64,000 nt of DNA from an uncultured Pseudomonadota bacterium (GCA_963770835.1 CAVYRH010000004.1:512001-576000); one strand, 5' to 3'; positions 9,570 through 19,438 are shown, counted from the first letter of the stretch. Made by a program: numbers and translations. The notes: generated from the letters alone by a model not told the origin.

Positions 9570-10952
9570 CTAGTTACACGGCTGTAGTAAATCACTTAAT
9601 TCGCCCTGGTTAACGATCGTCACGCAAGACTGGGTTACGACAACCTTGAAACTCAGCGTGCCGGTGGCGCCCGCCGCCAAATAACCGATGTCCCAACCCA
9701 CCTGGTTACCGTTGACGAAGGTTAAGGGCATATTGGGAGTGCTGGCTTGGGAATTGCGAACCAAGGTTGTTCCAACCGGAACCATGTCAGAAACCGTCAC
9801 GCCGATGTCGGGAGTGGCGCTGGTATTGTCGTAGGTCAAGGTGTAGGTGATGGTCTGCCCCTCATTGACCGCCCCGGTGGGATTATTGGTTTTGCCCAGG
9901 GTCACGGTGGGCGGGGCGCAAGCGGTCCAGGCGGGACAGTCGATATAACCCCAGCCGTAGTGGCCGCCTTCATTGCAATCGTACATGGTGGCTTCAAGCG
10001 TGATCTGCTGGCCCGCGTATTCGCACAAGTTCAGTTCATATTGGGTCCAGGGCCAATAACCCCACTGCACGTTCCCGCTGCAATAGGTGGCGGGATTAAT
10101 GGTGCAACCGGTGGCGGCCCCGTAGGAACCGGCGCCATTGCCCACAATGCCGGAGGTCCGGATCTGGTTGCTGCCGACAAGATAGGTCCAATTGATGATG
10201 ACATCGTCAAGCACCGCGTTGTTGGGCGGCTGGGCCGCGCAATTGGCGTTTCCAAGAAGGACGCGAACCTCCAGGTAGGCGTCCCCGTTTTCGTCATTGG
10301 CGCCACAGGCGACGGTATCCTCGTAATGATAATTCTCGAAGATCGCGGCCAAATCGAATGACAGGCAGGTGTTTCCGTTGGTGGGAACGGTGGCGGTTTG
10401 GCATACCCGGGCCCAGTCGTCCGGGCCGGCGTCGCCATGGCCCGAGAATAGTTGGACAGCGTCGGTTTGGCCCAAAGGAACCATGGGAAGAAGGCCGTTC
10501 GAGTTCGGGGCGGTTCCCGGCGCCGCCTGGCCCGGATAAACCGTGGCGTTTGTCACCACCTCAACATCCCCGCCGCAATCACCGCCCGTGCCGGCGGCGG
10601 CGTTAGGCCCGATGTGGGTGACGGCCTCCCAATTCGTAAGATTGCTGTTGAAACAAGCGTTCGGCCATTCTTGGGCCCAACCGGCCCCTATTCCAGCCAT
10701 TCCCATCACCAGGGATAGGACGAGAATGTAAAGTGCTTGCTGGAAACGTTTCTTGGAACCAAGGGGGGCATTAATCGATTTAAAAGGGCTAATGTTTCCG
10801 AATATTTCTTGCGGAAGGGAACATAAGGTGTTTAACAACGAAAATAGCATTTCGTTGGAAGTAATACTCTTCCCAAAAAATGAAAAACGATTTTCTAGAA
10901 AGCAATCATTAGTACTTCCGATGAAGCCGTCATTTTTCTTGTCTTCAAACAA
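9570..10952 (-). CDS. Cys-rich exported protein with a C-terminal, apparently incomplete DUF11-like domain
   Basis: Hydrophobic signal ending GAGWA, many Cys, and LGKTNNP..GQTITYTL..VSDMVP..VGW..IVNQG. The true start is probably downstream of 10952, since the N-terminal extension is AT-rich. Confidence 0.7.
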   Translation of the reverse strand: MFEDKKNDGFIGSTNDCFLENRFSFFGKSITSNEMLFSLLNTLCSLPQEIFGNISPFKSINAPLGSKKRFQQALYILVLSLVMGMAGIGAGWAQEWPNACFNSNLTNWEAVTHIGPNAAAGTGGDCGGDVEVVTNATVYPGQAAPGTAPNSNGLLPMVPLGQTDAVQLFSGHGDAGPDDWARVCQTATVPTNGNTCLSFDLAAIFENYHYEDTVACGANDENGDAYLEVRVLLGNANCAAQPPNNAVLDDVIINWTYLVGSNQIRTSGIVGNGAGSYGAATGCTINPATYCSGNVQWGYWPWTQYELNLCEYAGQQITLEATMYDCNEGGHYGWGYIDCPAWTACAPPTVTLGKTNNPTGAVNEGQTITYTLTYDNTSATPDIGVTVSDMVPVGTTLVRNSQASTPNMPLTFVNGNQVGWDIGYLAAGATGTLSFKVVVTQSCVTIVNQGELSDLLQPCN

Positions 10953-11298
10953 GTTATATCTCCAAACAAAAAATCGGCGTCAACCGATTTACAACTCATA
11001 AGGTTAAGGTGGGGTGTGTAAGGATTTCGAAAATTCTTACTGGAACCTTTTCTTTAAACCCACCATGAAATTATATCAGTGCGTCCAAATTTAATAATTT
11101 TTGCAACCGGTTTCACGGAATGGGGGTTTAACGTTAGAGAGGGGTATGGAAAACGAACATTTATTTTTTTATAAGTCTTTACTGATTCTTTACCGGGTTA
11201 AAAGGAATCAACTCAAAAGATTCATCCGCCCTTGGTTCCGGTTCATTTTCTGACGGGAACCCGAGTGGACAACCCCGGGAAGGTCCCCGCCGCAGACG

Positions 11299-12138
11299 TT
11301 AAAAATGAAAAGCTAGGAAAGCATCCCCGGTGAAACCAGAATAATCAACGACTGCGTAGCGAAGCGTACTTCCCCCGAAACTGGGGGACCCAGCGGTGAT
11401 GGACCCCGTCAGGGGAGCCGGAGTGTAGATCATCAGGGCGTAAGGAGCGTTGGTGGTTTGGGTGGAGCCATTGTCAAAAATGCTTGAGGACTTTACTTCG
11501 CTGAAAGTGGCCAAGCGGCCCTTCACCGAAAAGCCGAAGGTGAAACTTTTTCCGATTTCCAGTTTTTCGGTCAAACCTACCGCCCCACCGATGATATCCC
11601 CGGTGAAGGTGGCCGACTGGCTCGTGGAGGGGCCGGTGACGTCATAATAACTCACGTTGGCATGGTAATAGCCGCCACCGATCATCACGTAGGTGGCGCT
11701 GCCCTTCGAACGGAAAAGGGTATGGTAATAATTCAAGTTGATGTCTTCCAGGCTGGGCCCGATGGTTTCCCTGTAGGCCGTTCCCCCGCTGGTATAACTG
11801 TAACTTTCGTTTTGAGTGGCGATATTCTCCGCCTCCAACGAAAGGGAATGGCCGACATCCAGGGCAAAGCCGATTTCCATTCCGTCCACGAAACCGTTGT
11901 TGCCCGTTGAGAAAGTGGGGCTATAACCCGCTGCTTGAAGGTTTCCTTGCCAAGCTTTTATCCCGTTAATGACGTCGCCCATCAGGGAATAGTCATAACC
12001 CGCGTAAACTTTCAGCCACCAATCCTTCGAAAGGGCCCCTCCGAATTGGGCGGTGGGCGTCGCCGAAGCCTCCTGGCCCTGGACCCAAGACGGTATCCAT
12101 ATTAGAACCACGGCGATGACCATATAAAGCTTTCTCAT
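11299..12138 (-). CDS. Outer-membrane beta-barrel protein
   Basis: Signal peptide ending VQG, alternating beta-strands, and C-terminal aromatic residue (..FLAFHF). Confidence 0.65.
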   Translation of the reverse strand: MRKLYMVIAVVLIWIPSWVQGQEASATPTAQFGGALSKDWWLKVYAGYDYSLMGDVINGIKAWQGNLQAAGYSPTFSTGNNGFVDGMEIGFALDVGHSLSLEAENIATQNESYSYTSGGTAYRETIGPSLEDINLNYYHTLFRSKGSATYVMIGGGYYHANVSYYDVTGPSTSQSATFTGDIIGGAVGLTEKLEIGKSFTFGFSVKGRLATFSEVKSSSIFDNGSTQTTNAPYALMIYTPAPLTGSITAGSPSFGGSTLRYAVVDYSGFTGDAFLAFHF

Positions 12139-12217
12139 TGGACGCCTCTAGATATTTTAGCCTGTCCACGACGTGTCTTCCCAGCGCGGGCACTCTTAAT
12201 CTTCAGGATAATTTCCT

Positions 12218-13189
12218 TTAGGACGCGAAAGTCTGCCCGATAAACTTCACGTCGTCCGTGCTGAGAGGTTTGTCGTCGCCCGCCAGGTTGACCTCCACCT
12301 GCTTCAGGTTCCGGAAGCCGGGGATCACGCAGCAGACTACGGGGTTGGCCAGGAGGTACTGCAGGGCCACCCGGGCCAAGTCCTTGGCGTCCTTCCCAAA
12401 GCGGGACTTCAGCTTCTCGATCTTGGGCTGGACACTCAGTAGGGATTCGGTCGTGAAGCGGTTGTCACCCTTGCGGTGGTCACCCTCCTCGAACTTGGGG
12501 GGGTTCTGGGGGTCGAACTTCCCCAAAAGGATGCCCTGGTTCAGGGGTGAAAAGGCCACAAAGCTCATCTTTCTCTCATCCAATAGCTTGCGTACCGGCG
12601 AGCCTTCCCGGATGAACTGGTCGTCCATGATATGCGCCCAGCTTTGGAGCACGTCGGGCTTCACCTTGGGCACCAGTTTCACGAAGTCGGAATTGGAATA
12701 AGCGGACTGGCCGATGAGGCGGATCTTGCCTTCCTTCTTGAGTTGGTGCATGACCTTCACGGCATCGTCCAGGTAGCGGTCTTCGGGGCCGAAATCACCA
12801 TGGTGGAAATAATAAAGGTCGATGACATCCCGCTTGAGGTTAATGAGGGATTGCTCGCATTGGTGGCGGATATGAGCGGGCTCATAGGCATGGGCGGCGG
12901 TTCCGGGGAACCAGCCCACTTTGGTGGCGATGACCAGCTTCTTCGTGCGGTTTCCCAGGATTTCCGAAAGCATGAGTTCGGCCCGCCCATTGCCGTAGAC
13001 ATCGGCGTTATCGAAATGGTTCACCCCCTGGTCCAGGGCATAGTCGATGGCCCGCTTGACCTCGGTGGCGTCCACGTTGGCCCAGCCGTTAGGGGAGCCG
13101 TTCACCCAATTCAATCCTCCCAGGGTCCAACAGCCCAGGCTGATTTCGGAAACCTCGACGCCGGATTGGCCTAATTTGCGGTATTTCAT
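12218..13189 (-). CDS. Aldo/keto reductase
   Basis: MKYRKLG..VSEISLGCW, FDNADVYG, IATKVG, IDLYYFH and VIPG motifs. GGGAGG RBS upstream of ATG 13189. Confidence 0.92.
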   Translation of the reverse strand: MKYRKLGQSGVEVSEISLGCWTLGGLNWVNGSPNGWANVDATEVKRAIDYALDQGVNHFDNADVYGNGRAELMLSEILGNRTKKLVIATKVGWFPGTAAHAYEPAHIRHQCEQSLINLKRDVIDLYYFHHGDFGPEDRYLDDAVKVMHQLKKEGKIRLIGQSAYSNSDFVKLVPKVKPDVLQSWAHIMDDQFIREGSPVRKLLDERKMSFVAFSPLNQGILLGKFDPQNPPKFEEGDHRKGDNRFTTESLLSVQPKIEKLKSRFGKDAKDLARVALQYLLANPVVCCVIPGFRNLKQVEVNLAGDDKPLSTDDVKFIGQTFAS

Positions 13190-13239
13190 GAAAACCTCCC
13201 AATGAATAAGCCACAGATTAAGGCAAAAAGATGATTTTT

Positions 13240-13355
13240 GCCACAGATGCATGGGATGGATTCAGGCAAAAAATAAAACAAACTTTTAAAATAAAAATCG
13301 TATTGATTTCATCTTTTGGTTTCGGTTTATCCAATGCATCCCATGCATCTGTGGC
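13240..13355. repeat. Intergenic inverted-repeat element
   Basis: Perfect 19-bp IR GCCACAGATGCATGGGATG (13240-13258) / CATCCCATGCATCTGTGGC (13337-13355) around an AT-rich spacer. Partial extra copy at 13209-13218. Confidence 0.7.
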
Positions 13356-13526
13356 TGATTAGTCTTTTGCGGCTTTCCGGTCCCTGCGTAAAAATTTCCC
13401 ACTTGGGTAAATGGTAGAAGTGGAAGGGTCCACCGGCGGGGTTTAATCCACGGAATTTCATTAGGTTTTGTTGGCACACCAATTGCGTTAGGAAGGACGA
13501 AGCTTATTCAACCAAGGAGAGGTGTT

Positions 13527-13937
13527 ATGAAACAGCATAATGATTTCAAGATTCTAATCGCGGAGGACGATGCCGCCATCCGTAAGATGTATGAAAAGAC
13601 ATTCCGCCAGGAAGGATATGAAGTGGTGACGGTGGAGGCGGGCGGTCAAATTTTGGCCGAATTGGCCGATAGCTCCTTCGATCTCCTGATTACCGACTTG
13701 AAGCTAAATCATACCAGCGCCCTGGAAATACTTCCTGAGGTGCGGAAAATCCATTCCCGCCTGCCCGTTATTGTGGTGTCGGGTTACTACTCGAATATGG
13801 TTGAGGACTTCCACCAGAAGGGTTTCAACGTGAACCTTTTCCTCAACAAACCCCTAGGTCTGTCGGATTTGAAAACGGCCGTCCGCCGCGTCCTGGGGCT
13901 GCCCGTGGAAGAAACCACCGATAAGACTTCCTTTTAA
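13527..13937 (+). CDS. Single-domain response regulator (receiver)
   Basis: KILIAEDD, DLLITD (phospho-acceptor Asp), VIVVSG and LNKP motifs. AAGGAGAGG RBS. Confidence 0.9.
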   Translation: MKQHNDFKILIAEDDAAIRKMYEKTFRQEGYEVVTVEAGGQILAELADSSFDLLITDLKLNHTSALEILPEVRKIHSRLPVIVVSGYYSNMVEDFHQKGFNVNLFLNKPLGLSDLKTAVRRVLGLPVEETTDKTSF

Positions 13938-13977
13938 GGGCGGGCGCATGAACCCCCTGCTTTTTTACCTGGAGCTC

Positions 13978-15000
13978 TTATTTTTGGCTGGCCTTGGCAA
14001 GGCGGTCGTTGATCGCGCGGCCCAGGCCCTGGTCCGGAACCGGAAGGGCCCAAATGACATCTAAATTCTTCTCATCCAGCCTCCTAATGGCGGCGAAGAG
14101 ATTCGCCGCCGCTTCCCTCAAATCCTGATGGTCGGACAGGACCTCCAAAGCCGCGAAGAGGCCCGGGTCGGCGGGGGCTTGAAGGCCCAGCCATCCAATC
14201 CGCTTACCCTTGGGAAGGGATTCCAGGGAACCGCCCAGGACCAGGGGCGTATGGGGAGCGTAGTGATTTTCCAATTGCCCCGGAGCCAAGAGGCCGGGGC
14301 CGTTTTGGGGCTGCGCCCCTTGCCCCGGCACACCCAGGGCTTGGCCCTCGGCTTGTGGGCCTCGGGCCAGGGGGGGCTTGCCCGGTGTTTGCGCCGCGAT
14401 GCGGACCGGGCCGATCAACGATTGAATCTCCTCCAACGGCGCACCGCCTGGCCGGAGGAGCACGGGTTCCTTGTCGACAAAGGAAATGACCGTGGACTCC
14501 ACCCCGACAAGGCAAGGGCCGCCGTCTAGGATCATTCCGATTTTTCCCCCGAAAGATTGCCGCACATGCTCCGCCGTGGTGGGGCTTACCTGGCCGAAAA
14601 GATTGGCGCTGGGCGCGGCGATAGGCCGGCCCGATTCCCGGATGAGTTCCAGGGCCAGCGGGTGGTTGGGCACCCGGATGGCCACGTTGGGCAGGGAAGA
14701 CGTGACGATGTCGGGGACCATGGAAGACTTGGGCAGGACCACCGTCAAAGGCCCGGGCCAGAACTTTTCGATCAACTTCAGCGCCGCAGAGGGAAACTTC
14801 AGCACCAGGATTTCGGCCTGCCGCACATCCGCCACGTGGACGATCAAGGGATCAAAGGTAGGGCGGTTCTTCACCTCGAAGATTTCCGCCACCGCGTAGG
14901 GGTTCAAGGCGTCGGCGCCCAGGCCGTAAACGGTCTCGGTAGGGAAGGCCACCAACCCGCCTTCCTGGATAATTTGAGCGGCTTTTTGGATTTCATTCAT
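13978..15000 (-). CDS. sua5: Threonylcarbamoyl-AMP synthase, Sua5 type (YrdC + SUA5 domains)
   Basis: VAFPTETVYGLGA, KNRP, FWPGPLT, AAPSAN, GVESTV, HYAP and AINDRL motifs. Confidence 0.93.
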   Translation of the reverse strand: MNEIQKAAQIIQEGGLVAFPTETVYGLGADALNPYAVAEIFEVKNRPTFDPLIVHVADVRQAEILVLKFPSAALKLIEKFWPGPLTVVLPKSSMVPDIVTSSLPNVAIRVPNHPLALELIRESGRPIAAPSANLFGQVSPTTAEHVRQSFGGKIGMILDGGPCLVGVESTVISFVDKEPVLLRPGGAPLEEIQSLIGPVRIAAQTPGKPPLARGPQAEGQALGVPGQGAQPQNGPGLLAPGQLENHYAPHTPLVLGGSLESLPKGKRIGWLGLQAPADPGLFAALEVLSDHQDLREAAANLFAAIRRLDEKNLDVIWALPVPDQGLGRAINDRLAKASQK

Positions 15001-15061
15001 AAAGACGGTTTACCATAGAGGACACCGAGTTCACAGGGTAAAACCCAACATTCCTCTTGGG

Positions 15062-17881
15062 TCAGCCGGTGTTCTTCAGCCCCGCCGCGATGCCGTTGAT
15101 GGTCATCAGGATGGCCTCTTCCAACTCCCGGGCCTCGGCCTCATCGGGGTCGTTGCGGAAGCGCTTGATGAGCTCGACCTGGACGAAACTCAGGGGGTCG
15201 ATATAGGGGTTGCGGCGCTTGATGGAGTCATACAGCGGCCGGTCTTTCTCCAGGAGTTCCGCCACTTGGACAACCTGGCAGACGACTTTCACGGTCCGGT
15301 CGAATTCCGCCTTGATGCGGTCGAAGATTTCCCGGCCCAGGGCCTTGTCCGGAACCAGTTCGGCGTATCGGCGGGCGATGTCGATATCCGCCTTGGATAG
15401 GATCATCTGGGCGTTGTCCAGCACCGTCTGGAAAAAGGGCCATTGGGCGTACATTTCCCGAAGAACCGCCAGCCCCTTTTCTGGATCGGTTTTCAAATAG
15501 TCCTCGATGGCGCCCCCCATGCCGTACCAGCCGGGAAGGGTGGTGCGGCTTTGCATCCAGGAAAAGACCCAGGGAATGGCCCGAAGGGCCTCGATGGAGT
15601 CGCCCTTTCCCCGGCTGGCGGGACGGCTGCCGATGCGGTGGCGGCTGATCTCGTCGATGGGCGTGGCCGCGTGGAAATACTCCACGAAACGGGGATGGCC
15701 GTACACCAGCGAATGGTAGGCCTGGAAGGACTGGCGGGAGAGTTTTTCCATGATCTGCTTCCACTCGGCCTTGGGGATCACCTCCTTGGGCGGGAAGGAA
15801 GCCCTCAAGACCGCGTTGGTGATCTGCTCCAAGTGGCTGCGGGCGGTGGAGGGTTCCCCATAGCGGTCGCTGATGACCTCCCCCTGTTCGGTGATCTTGA
15901 TGCGTCCCTTCACCGTTCCCGGCGGCTGGGCCAGGATGGCCTGCCCGGCGGGCCCGCCGCCGCGGCCCACGCTGCCGCCGCGGCCGTGGAAAAGCCTCAA
16001 GGCGATTCCGTGGTTGTCGGCCATCCTGGCCAGTTCCTGCTGGGCCTTATAGAGGGACCAATTGGCGCTGAGGTAGCCCCCCTCCTTGTTGGAGTCGCTG
16101 TAGCCCAGCATGATTTCCTGCACGTCGTTGCGAAGGCTTAAATGGGCCCGGTAGGATTCGTTCTTCAGGAGCCGTTCCAGCATGCCGGCTCCCCGGCGCA
16201 GGTCGTCGCCCGTTTCGAAAAGGGGCACGATGTTGAGGTGGCTGTAGTGGCCCTTGCGGTAAAGGCCGGCCTCGCGGAGGAAGAGCAGGACGGTCAGCAC
16301 GTCCGAGACGCCGTGGGTCATGGAGATGATGTAGGTGTCGACGGCGCGGGGGTTCAGGTGTTCCTGGATGACGGAAAGCACCCGGAAGGTCTCGATGGTA
16401 TCCATGGTTTCCGGGCTGTATTCGGCCTTCGCGGGAATCAGGGGGCGTTCGTCCATCAAAAGGCTTTCCAGGAGGACCAGGCGTTTTTCCTCGTCCAGGG
16501 ACAGGTAGTCGGGGCGGATGCCCATCCCAGCCAGGATTTCCGCCAGGGCCTGGGTGTGCCGGGAGGAATGCTGGCGGATGTCCAGGGTGGCCAGGCGGAA
16601 GCCGAATATTTCCGCGTTGTGCCGGACCTTCGCCAGGTATCCGTCGGCCAGGATGGCGCCCTTGTTGGCGCGGAGGCTGACGTCCATGACGTTCAAGTCC
16701 CCCAGGAACTCGGAGGCGCCGGGGTACCAGGTGCCGGGCGGCGGGGGAGGCGGGATGGTGTGCCAGTCCCTGCGGAAATCCTCGGCGTGGGCCAGGGTCC
16801 TCAGGAGCTTCTCATGGATGTAGTTGCACTTCTGCCGGTAGCGCTCATGCCAAATCTGGGTATTGATGCGTTCGGCCAGGTCCGGGAAAAGGGACTCGTC
16901 CCGCGCGATGGAAGCGGCTAATTCGGTGGTAATGGGGGCCAGGCGGTCGGAGGGGCTCAAGCGGCTGCTGAGTTCCTCGATGGCCTTGATATGGGCTTTG
17001 AGGGCCGAGATCCGCAGGTGCTTCACGGCTTCCACCGTGACTTCGGGGGTCACGAAGGGGTTGCCATCCCTATCCCCGCCCACCCAGGAGCCGAACCGCA
17101 GGAAAGGCGGCAGGGCCCAGGTGGTCTTGGGGAATTCCTTCTTCAGAGAGCGTTCCAACTCCCGGTAGATCTCCGGCATGACGCCCCAAAGGGATTCCTC
17201 GAAATAGTAAAGATACCCCTTCACCTCGTCCAGGACGTTGAGCTTGACCTGGCGCACCTCGTCGGACTGCCAGAGCGCCACGATCTCTTCCAGGACGGAT
17301 TTCATGACCTCGTCCCGCTCGGCTTCCGTCAGGCGGTCTTCGACGAGGCGGACGGCTGTGGCGTAGACCCGGTGGAGCTTGGTGAGGGCGGTGCGGCGCC
17401 GGGATTCGGTGGGATGGGCGGTGAAGACCATGAGGATCTTGGCCTGGTCCAGGAGAGCCTGGATCTTGCGGGGGAGCACCCCTTGTTCCCTTAAAACCGA
17501 GACGGCCTCGGGGATGGAACCGGGCAGGGGGGCGCCGTTGCCCGGCAGGCTCTCCTGGGCATGGACCGCGTCGATTTTTTCCGCCAGGTTGATCAGGCCG
17601 AAGAAATGGGTGAAGGCCTTGGTGAGCAGGTTGAGTTTCTCCACCGGCAGGGAGGCCACGATCTGGGACAGTTCCTCGCCCACCCTGACGTCGGAAGTCA
17701 TCCGGAAGTTCCGGGCCAGCTGCCGGACCCTTTCGACCAAGGCCAGGGCCTCCGGGCCCTCCTGGAAGGAAATGACCTTTCCGAGGGTGGTGGCCAGGGT
17801 GTTGACGAGCGCGGGCAGGGAATAGGGGTCGGACTTGGGGTCAAACGGCGTGTTAGAGGGGTTGGGATCTTCCTGAAACAT
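15062..17881 (-). CDS. ppc: Phosphoenolpyruvate carboxylase
   Basis: VFTAHPTE, SWVGGDRDGNP, QEIMLGYSDSNK, FHGRGGSVGRGG, LRAIPWVFSW and C-terminal LKNTG. Confidence 0.97.
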   Translation of the reverse strand: MFQEDPNPSNTPFDPKSDPYSLPALVNTLATTLGKVISFQEGPEALALVERVRQLARNFRMTSDVRVGEELSQIVASLPVEKLNLLTKAFTHFFGLINLAEKIDAVHAQESLPGNGAPLPGSIPEAVSVLREQGVLPRKIQALLDQAKILMVFTAHPTESRRRTALTKLHRVYATAVRLVEDRLTEAERDEVMKSVLEEIVALWQSDEVRQVKLNVLDEVKGYLYYFEESLWGVMPEIYRELERSLKKEFPKTTWALPPFLRFGSWVGGDRDGNPFVTPEVTVEAVKHLRISALKAHIKAIEELSSRLSPSDRLAPITTELAASIARDESLFPDLAERINTQIWHERYRQKCNYIHEKLLRTLAHAEDFRRDWHTIPPPPPPGTWYPGASEFLGDLNVMDVSLRANKGAILADGYLAKVRHNAEIFGFRLATLDIRQHSSRHTQALAEILAGMGIRPDYLSLDEEKRLVLLESLLMDERPLIPAKAEYSPETMDTIETFRVLSVIQEHLNPRAVDTYIISMTHGVSDVLTVLLFLREAGLYRKGHYSHLNIVPLFETGDDLRRGAGMLERLLKNESYRAHLSLRNDVQEIMLGYSDSNKEGGYLSANWSLYKAQQELARMADNHGIALRLFHGRGGSVGRGGGPAGQAILAQPPGTVKGRIKITEQGEVISDRYGEPSTARSHLEQITNAVLRASFPPKEVIPKAEWKQIMEKLSRQSFQAYHSLVYGHPRFVEYFHAATPIDEISRHRIGSRPASRGKGDSIEALRAIPWVFSWMQSRTTLPGWYGMGGAIEDYLKTDPEKGLAVLREMYAQWPFFQTVLDNAQMILSKADIDIARRYAELVPDKALGREIFDRIKAEFDRTVKVVCQVVQVAELLEKDRPLYDSIKRRNPYIDPLSFVQVELIKRFRNDPDEAEARELEEAILMTINGIAAGLKNTG

Positions 17882-17898
17882 GGTTGGACCTGGGGTTA

Positions 17899-18004
17899 AG
17901 TTCGCAGTCCGCAGTCCGCAGTTTCAAGTGAATGAAGTTTTTGTTTGGCGGGGCCAAACAAAAACATTCCGAAACTTCGAACTAAGAACTTCGCACTTCG
18001 AACT
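17899..18004. repeat. Intergenic element of inverted 7-bp tandem repeats with a central hairpin
   Basis: AGTTCGC-AGTCCGC-AGTCCGC-AGTT on the left, AACTTCG-AACTAAG-AACTTCG-CACTTCG-AACT on the right, and a central TTTGTTTGGC-GGG-GCCAAACAAA hairpin. Confidence 0.6.
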
Positions 18005-18008
18005 GGGG

Positions 18009-18500
18009 TTATGTGAGTTTTTCCTTCAGGATTTTATCCGCCTGGTCGGCGCGGTATTGCTTGATCTTTTTTCGAAGTTCGGGGTCCTTCAAACCAAGGA
18101 TGGCGATGGCCAGGAGCGCCGCATTGACCGCCCCCGCCTTGCCCACGGCCAAGGTTCCCACCGGAATGCCGCCGGGCATTTGGGCCGTGGAAAGAAGCGA
18201 ATCAAGCCCCAAAAGCTTGCTTTCCATGGGCACCCCCAAAACCGGAAGCACGGTATGGGCCGCGCAAACGCCGGCCAAATGGGCCGCGCCGCCCGCGGCC
18301 GCGATGACGACTTCCACTCCCCGATCCTCCGCCCCCGAAACGTACTCGGCGGTTTCCTTGGGCGTGCGGTGGGCCGAAAGCACGCGGCACTCGTGCGCCA
18401 CGCCGAACTGGGCCAGTGTATCGGAGGCGTTTTTCATCACATCCCAGTCCGACTTGCTGCCCATCAGAATATTAACGAGAGGCTTGGAAGCTGGAACCAT
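18009..18500 (-). CDS. purE: N5-carboxyaminoimidazole ribonucleotide mutase
   Basis: MGSKSD, SAHRTP, AGGAAHLAG, PVLGVP and QMPGGIPV motifs. Confidence 0.97.
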   Translation of the reverse strand: MVPASKPLVNILMGSKSDWDVMKNASDTLAQFGVAHECRVLSAHRTPKETAEYVSGAEDRGVEVVIAAAGGAAHLAGVCAAHTVLPVLGVPMESKLLGLDSLLSTAQMPGGIPVGTLAVGKAGAVNAALLAIAILGLKDPELRKKIKQYRADQADKILKEKLT

Positions 18501-18557
18501 GTTCGCGGCCTTTCAACGGAGTGATGGGGAGAGAATACCAGATTCGAAAGAAAATTT

Positions 18558-18649
18558 AACCACCAAGGGCACCAAGAAAAAATTAAACCCTGACCAGGCT
18601 TAAACTATTGTTCTTTGCTGTTCTTGGTGAGCTTGGTGCCCTTGGTGGT
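18558..18649. repeat. Intergenic palindromic element built of CACCAAG units
   Basis: AACCACCAAGGGCACCAAG (18558-18576) inverted against CTTGGTGAGCTTGGTGCCCTTGGTGGT (ending 18649). Confidence 0.75.
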
Positions 18650-18696
18650 CAAAAGCTTTTGTGTGTAATCCGTTTTGATTCCTGTAAAATACGATT

Positions 18697-19389
18697 ATGA
18701 CCACTGAAACTTTCGCGCTTTTCTACAAAGCCATCACCCAGGGCCTCATCATGGGTTTTTGCACGGCGGCCCTCTTAGGGCCCGTCAACGCCCTGGCGGT
18801 CCGCAGGGGCATCGTCGGGGGGTTCCAACAAACCGTGGGAGTGGGGGCCGGAGCCGCCATCGTGGACGCCATTTGGGCCTACGTGGTTTTCGCCGGGCTG
18901 ATCAAAGTGGGCATTGTAGGCACCGGCAAGATCATCGTCTGGTGCCTTTGCGCCGTTTTCCTGCTCTACCTAGCCTATTCGATGCTGATGGAAATTAGGG
19001 ACAACCCGGAGATGATGGACAATCCGAAAGTTTCGAGGCAAATCCGGTTCCTGGACGATTCCTTCATCATCGGGTTCCTCATCGCGGCCACGAACCCCTT
19101 TTCCCTGCTCCGGTGGATCGGGCTGGTGGGCACCCTGGACGTGTCCGGCAGCATCGAACTGACCGGCGGGGCCGCCACTTCCTTTTTTTCGGCGGTATTG
19201 GTCAGTGAAATGGTCTGGTTTTTCGGCCTGGGGCTGGTGGTCCAATACAGCCGGAACCTTTTCGACCGAAAGGCCTTGAACACCATCAAGTGGGTGTGCG
19301 GATTGATCCTGTTGGTTTACGCGCTTTTCATGGCCAGCAAGGTGGTGATCACCCTGATCCACACCGGCGGCGCACCGATCCTGCCCTAG
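18697..19389 (+). CDS. LysE-family translocator
   Basis: About 6 TM helices, GPVN..VRRG motif, GAAIVD and ATNP. Confidence 0.8.
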   Translation: MTTETFALFYKAITQGLIMGFCTAALLGPVNALAVRRGIVGGFQQTVGVGAGAAIVDAIWAYVVFAGLIKVGIVGTGKIIVWCLCAVFLLYLAYSMLMEIRDNPEMMDNPKVSRQIRFLDDSFIIGFLIAATNPFSLLRWIGLVGTLDVSGSIELTGGAATSFFSAVLVSEMVWFFGLGLVVQYSRNLFDRKALNTIKWVCGLILLVYALFMASKVVITLIHTGGAPILP

Positions 19390-19438
19390 TCCCAGCGGTC
19401 CTCAGTCCACCCCCAGAAACAAGATTCCCGGCCTGGAG

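Noticed and set aside
9567..9572. In-frame TAG immediately followed by GTG: stop read-through or recoding into one giant protein
   Set aside because: The downstream ORF has its own signal-peptide-like segment, and TAG is used as a normal stop elsewhere in the window.
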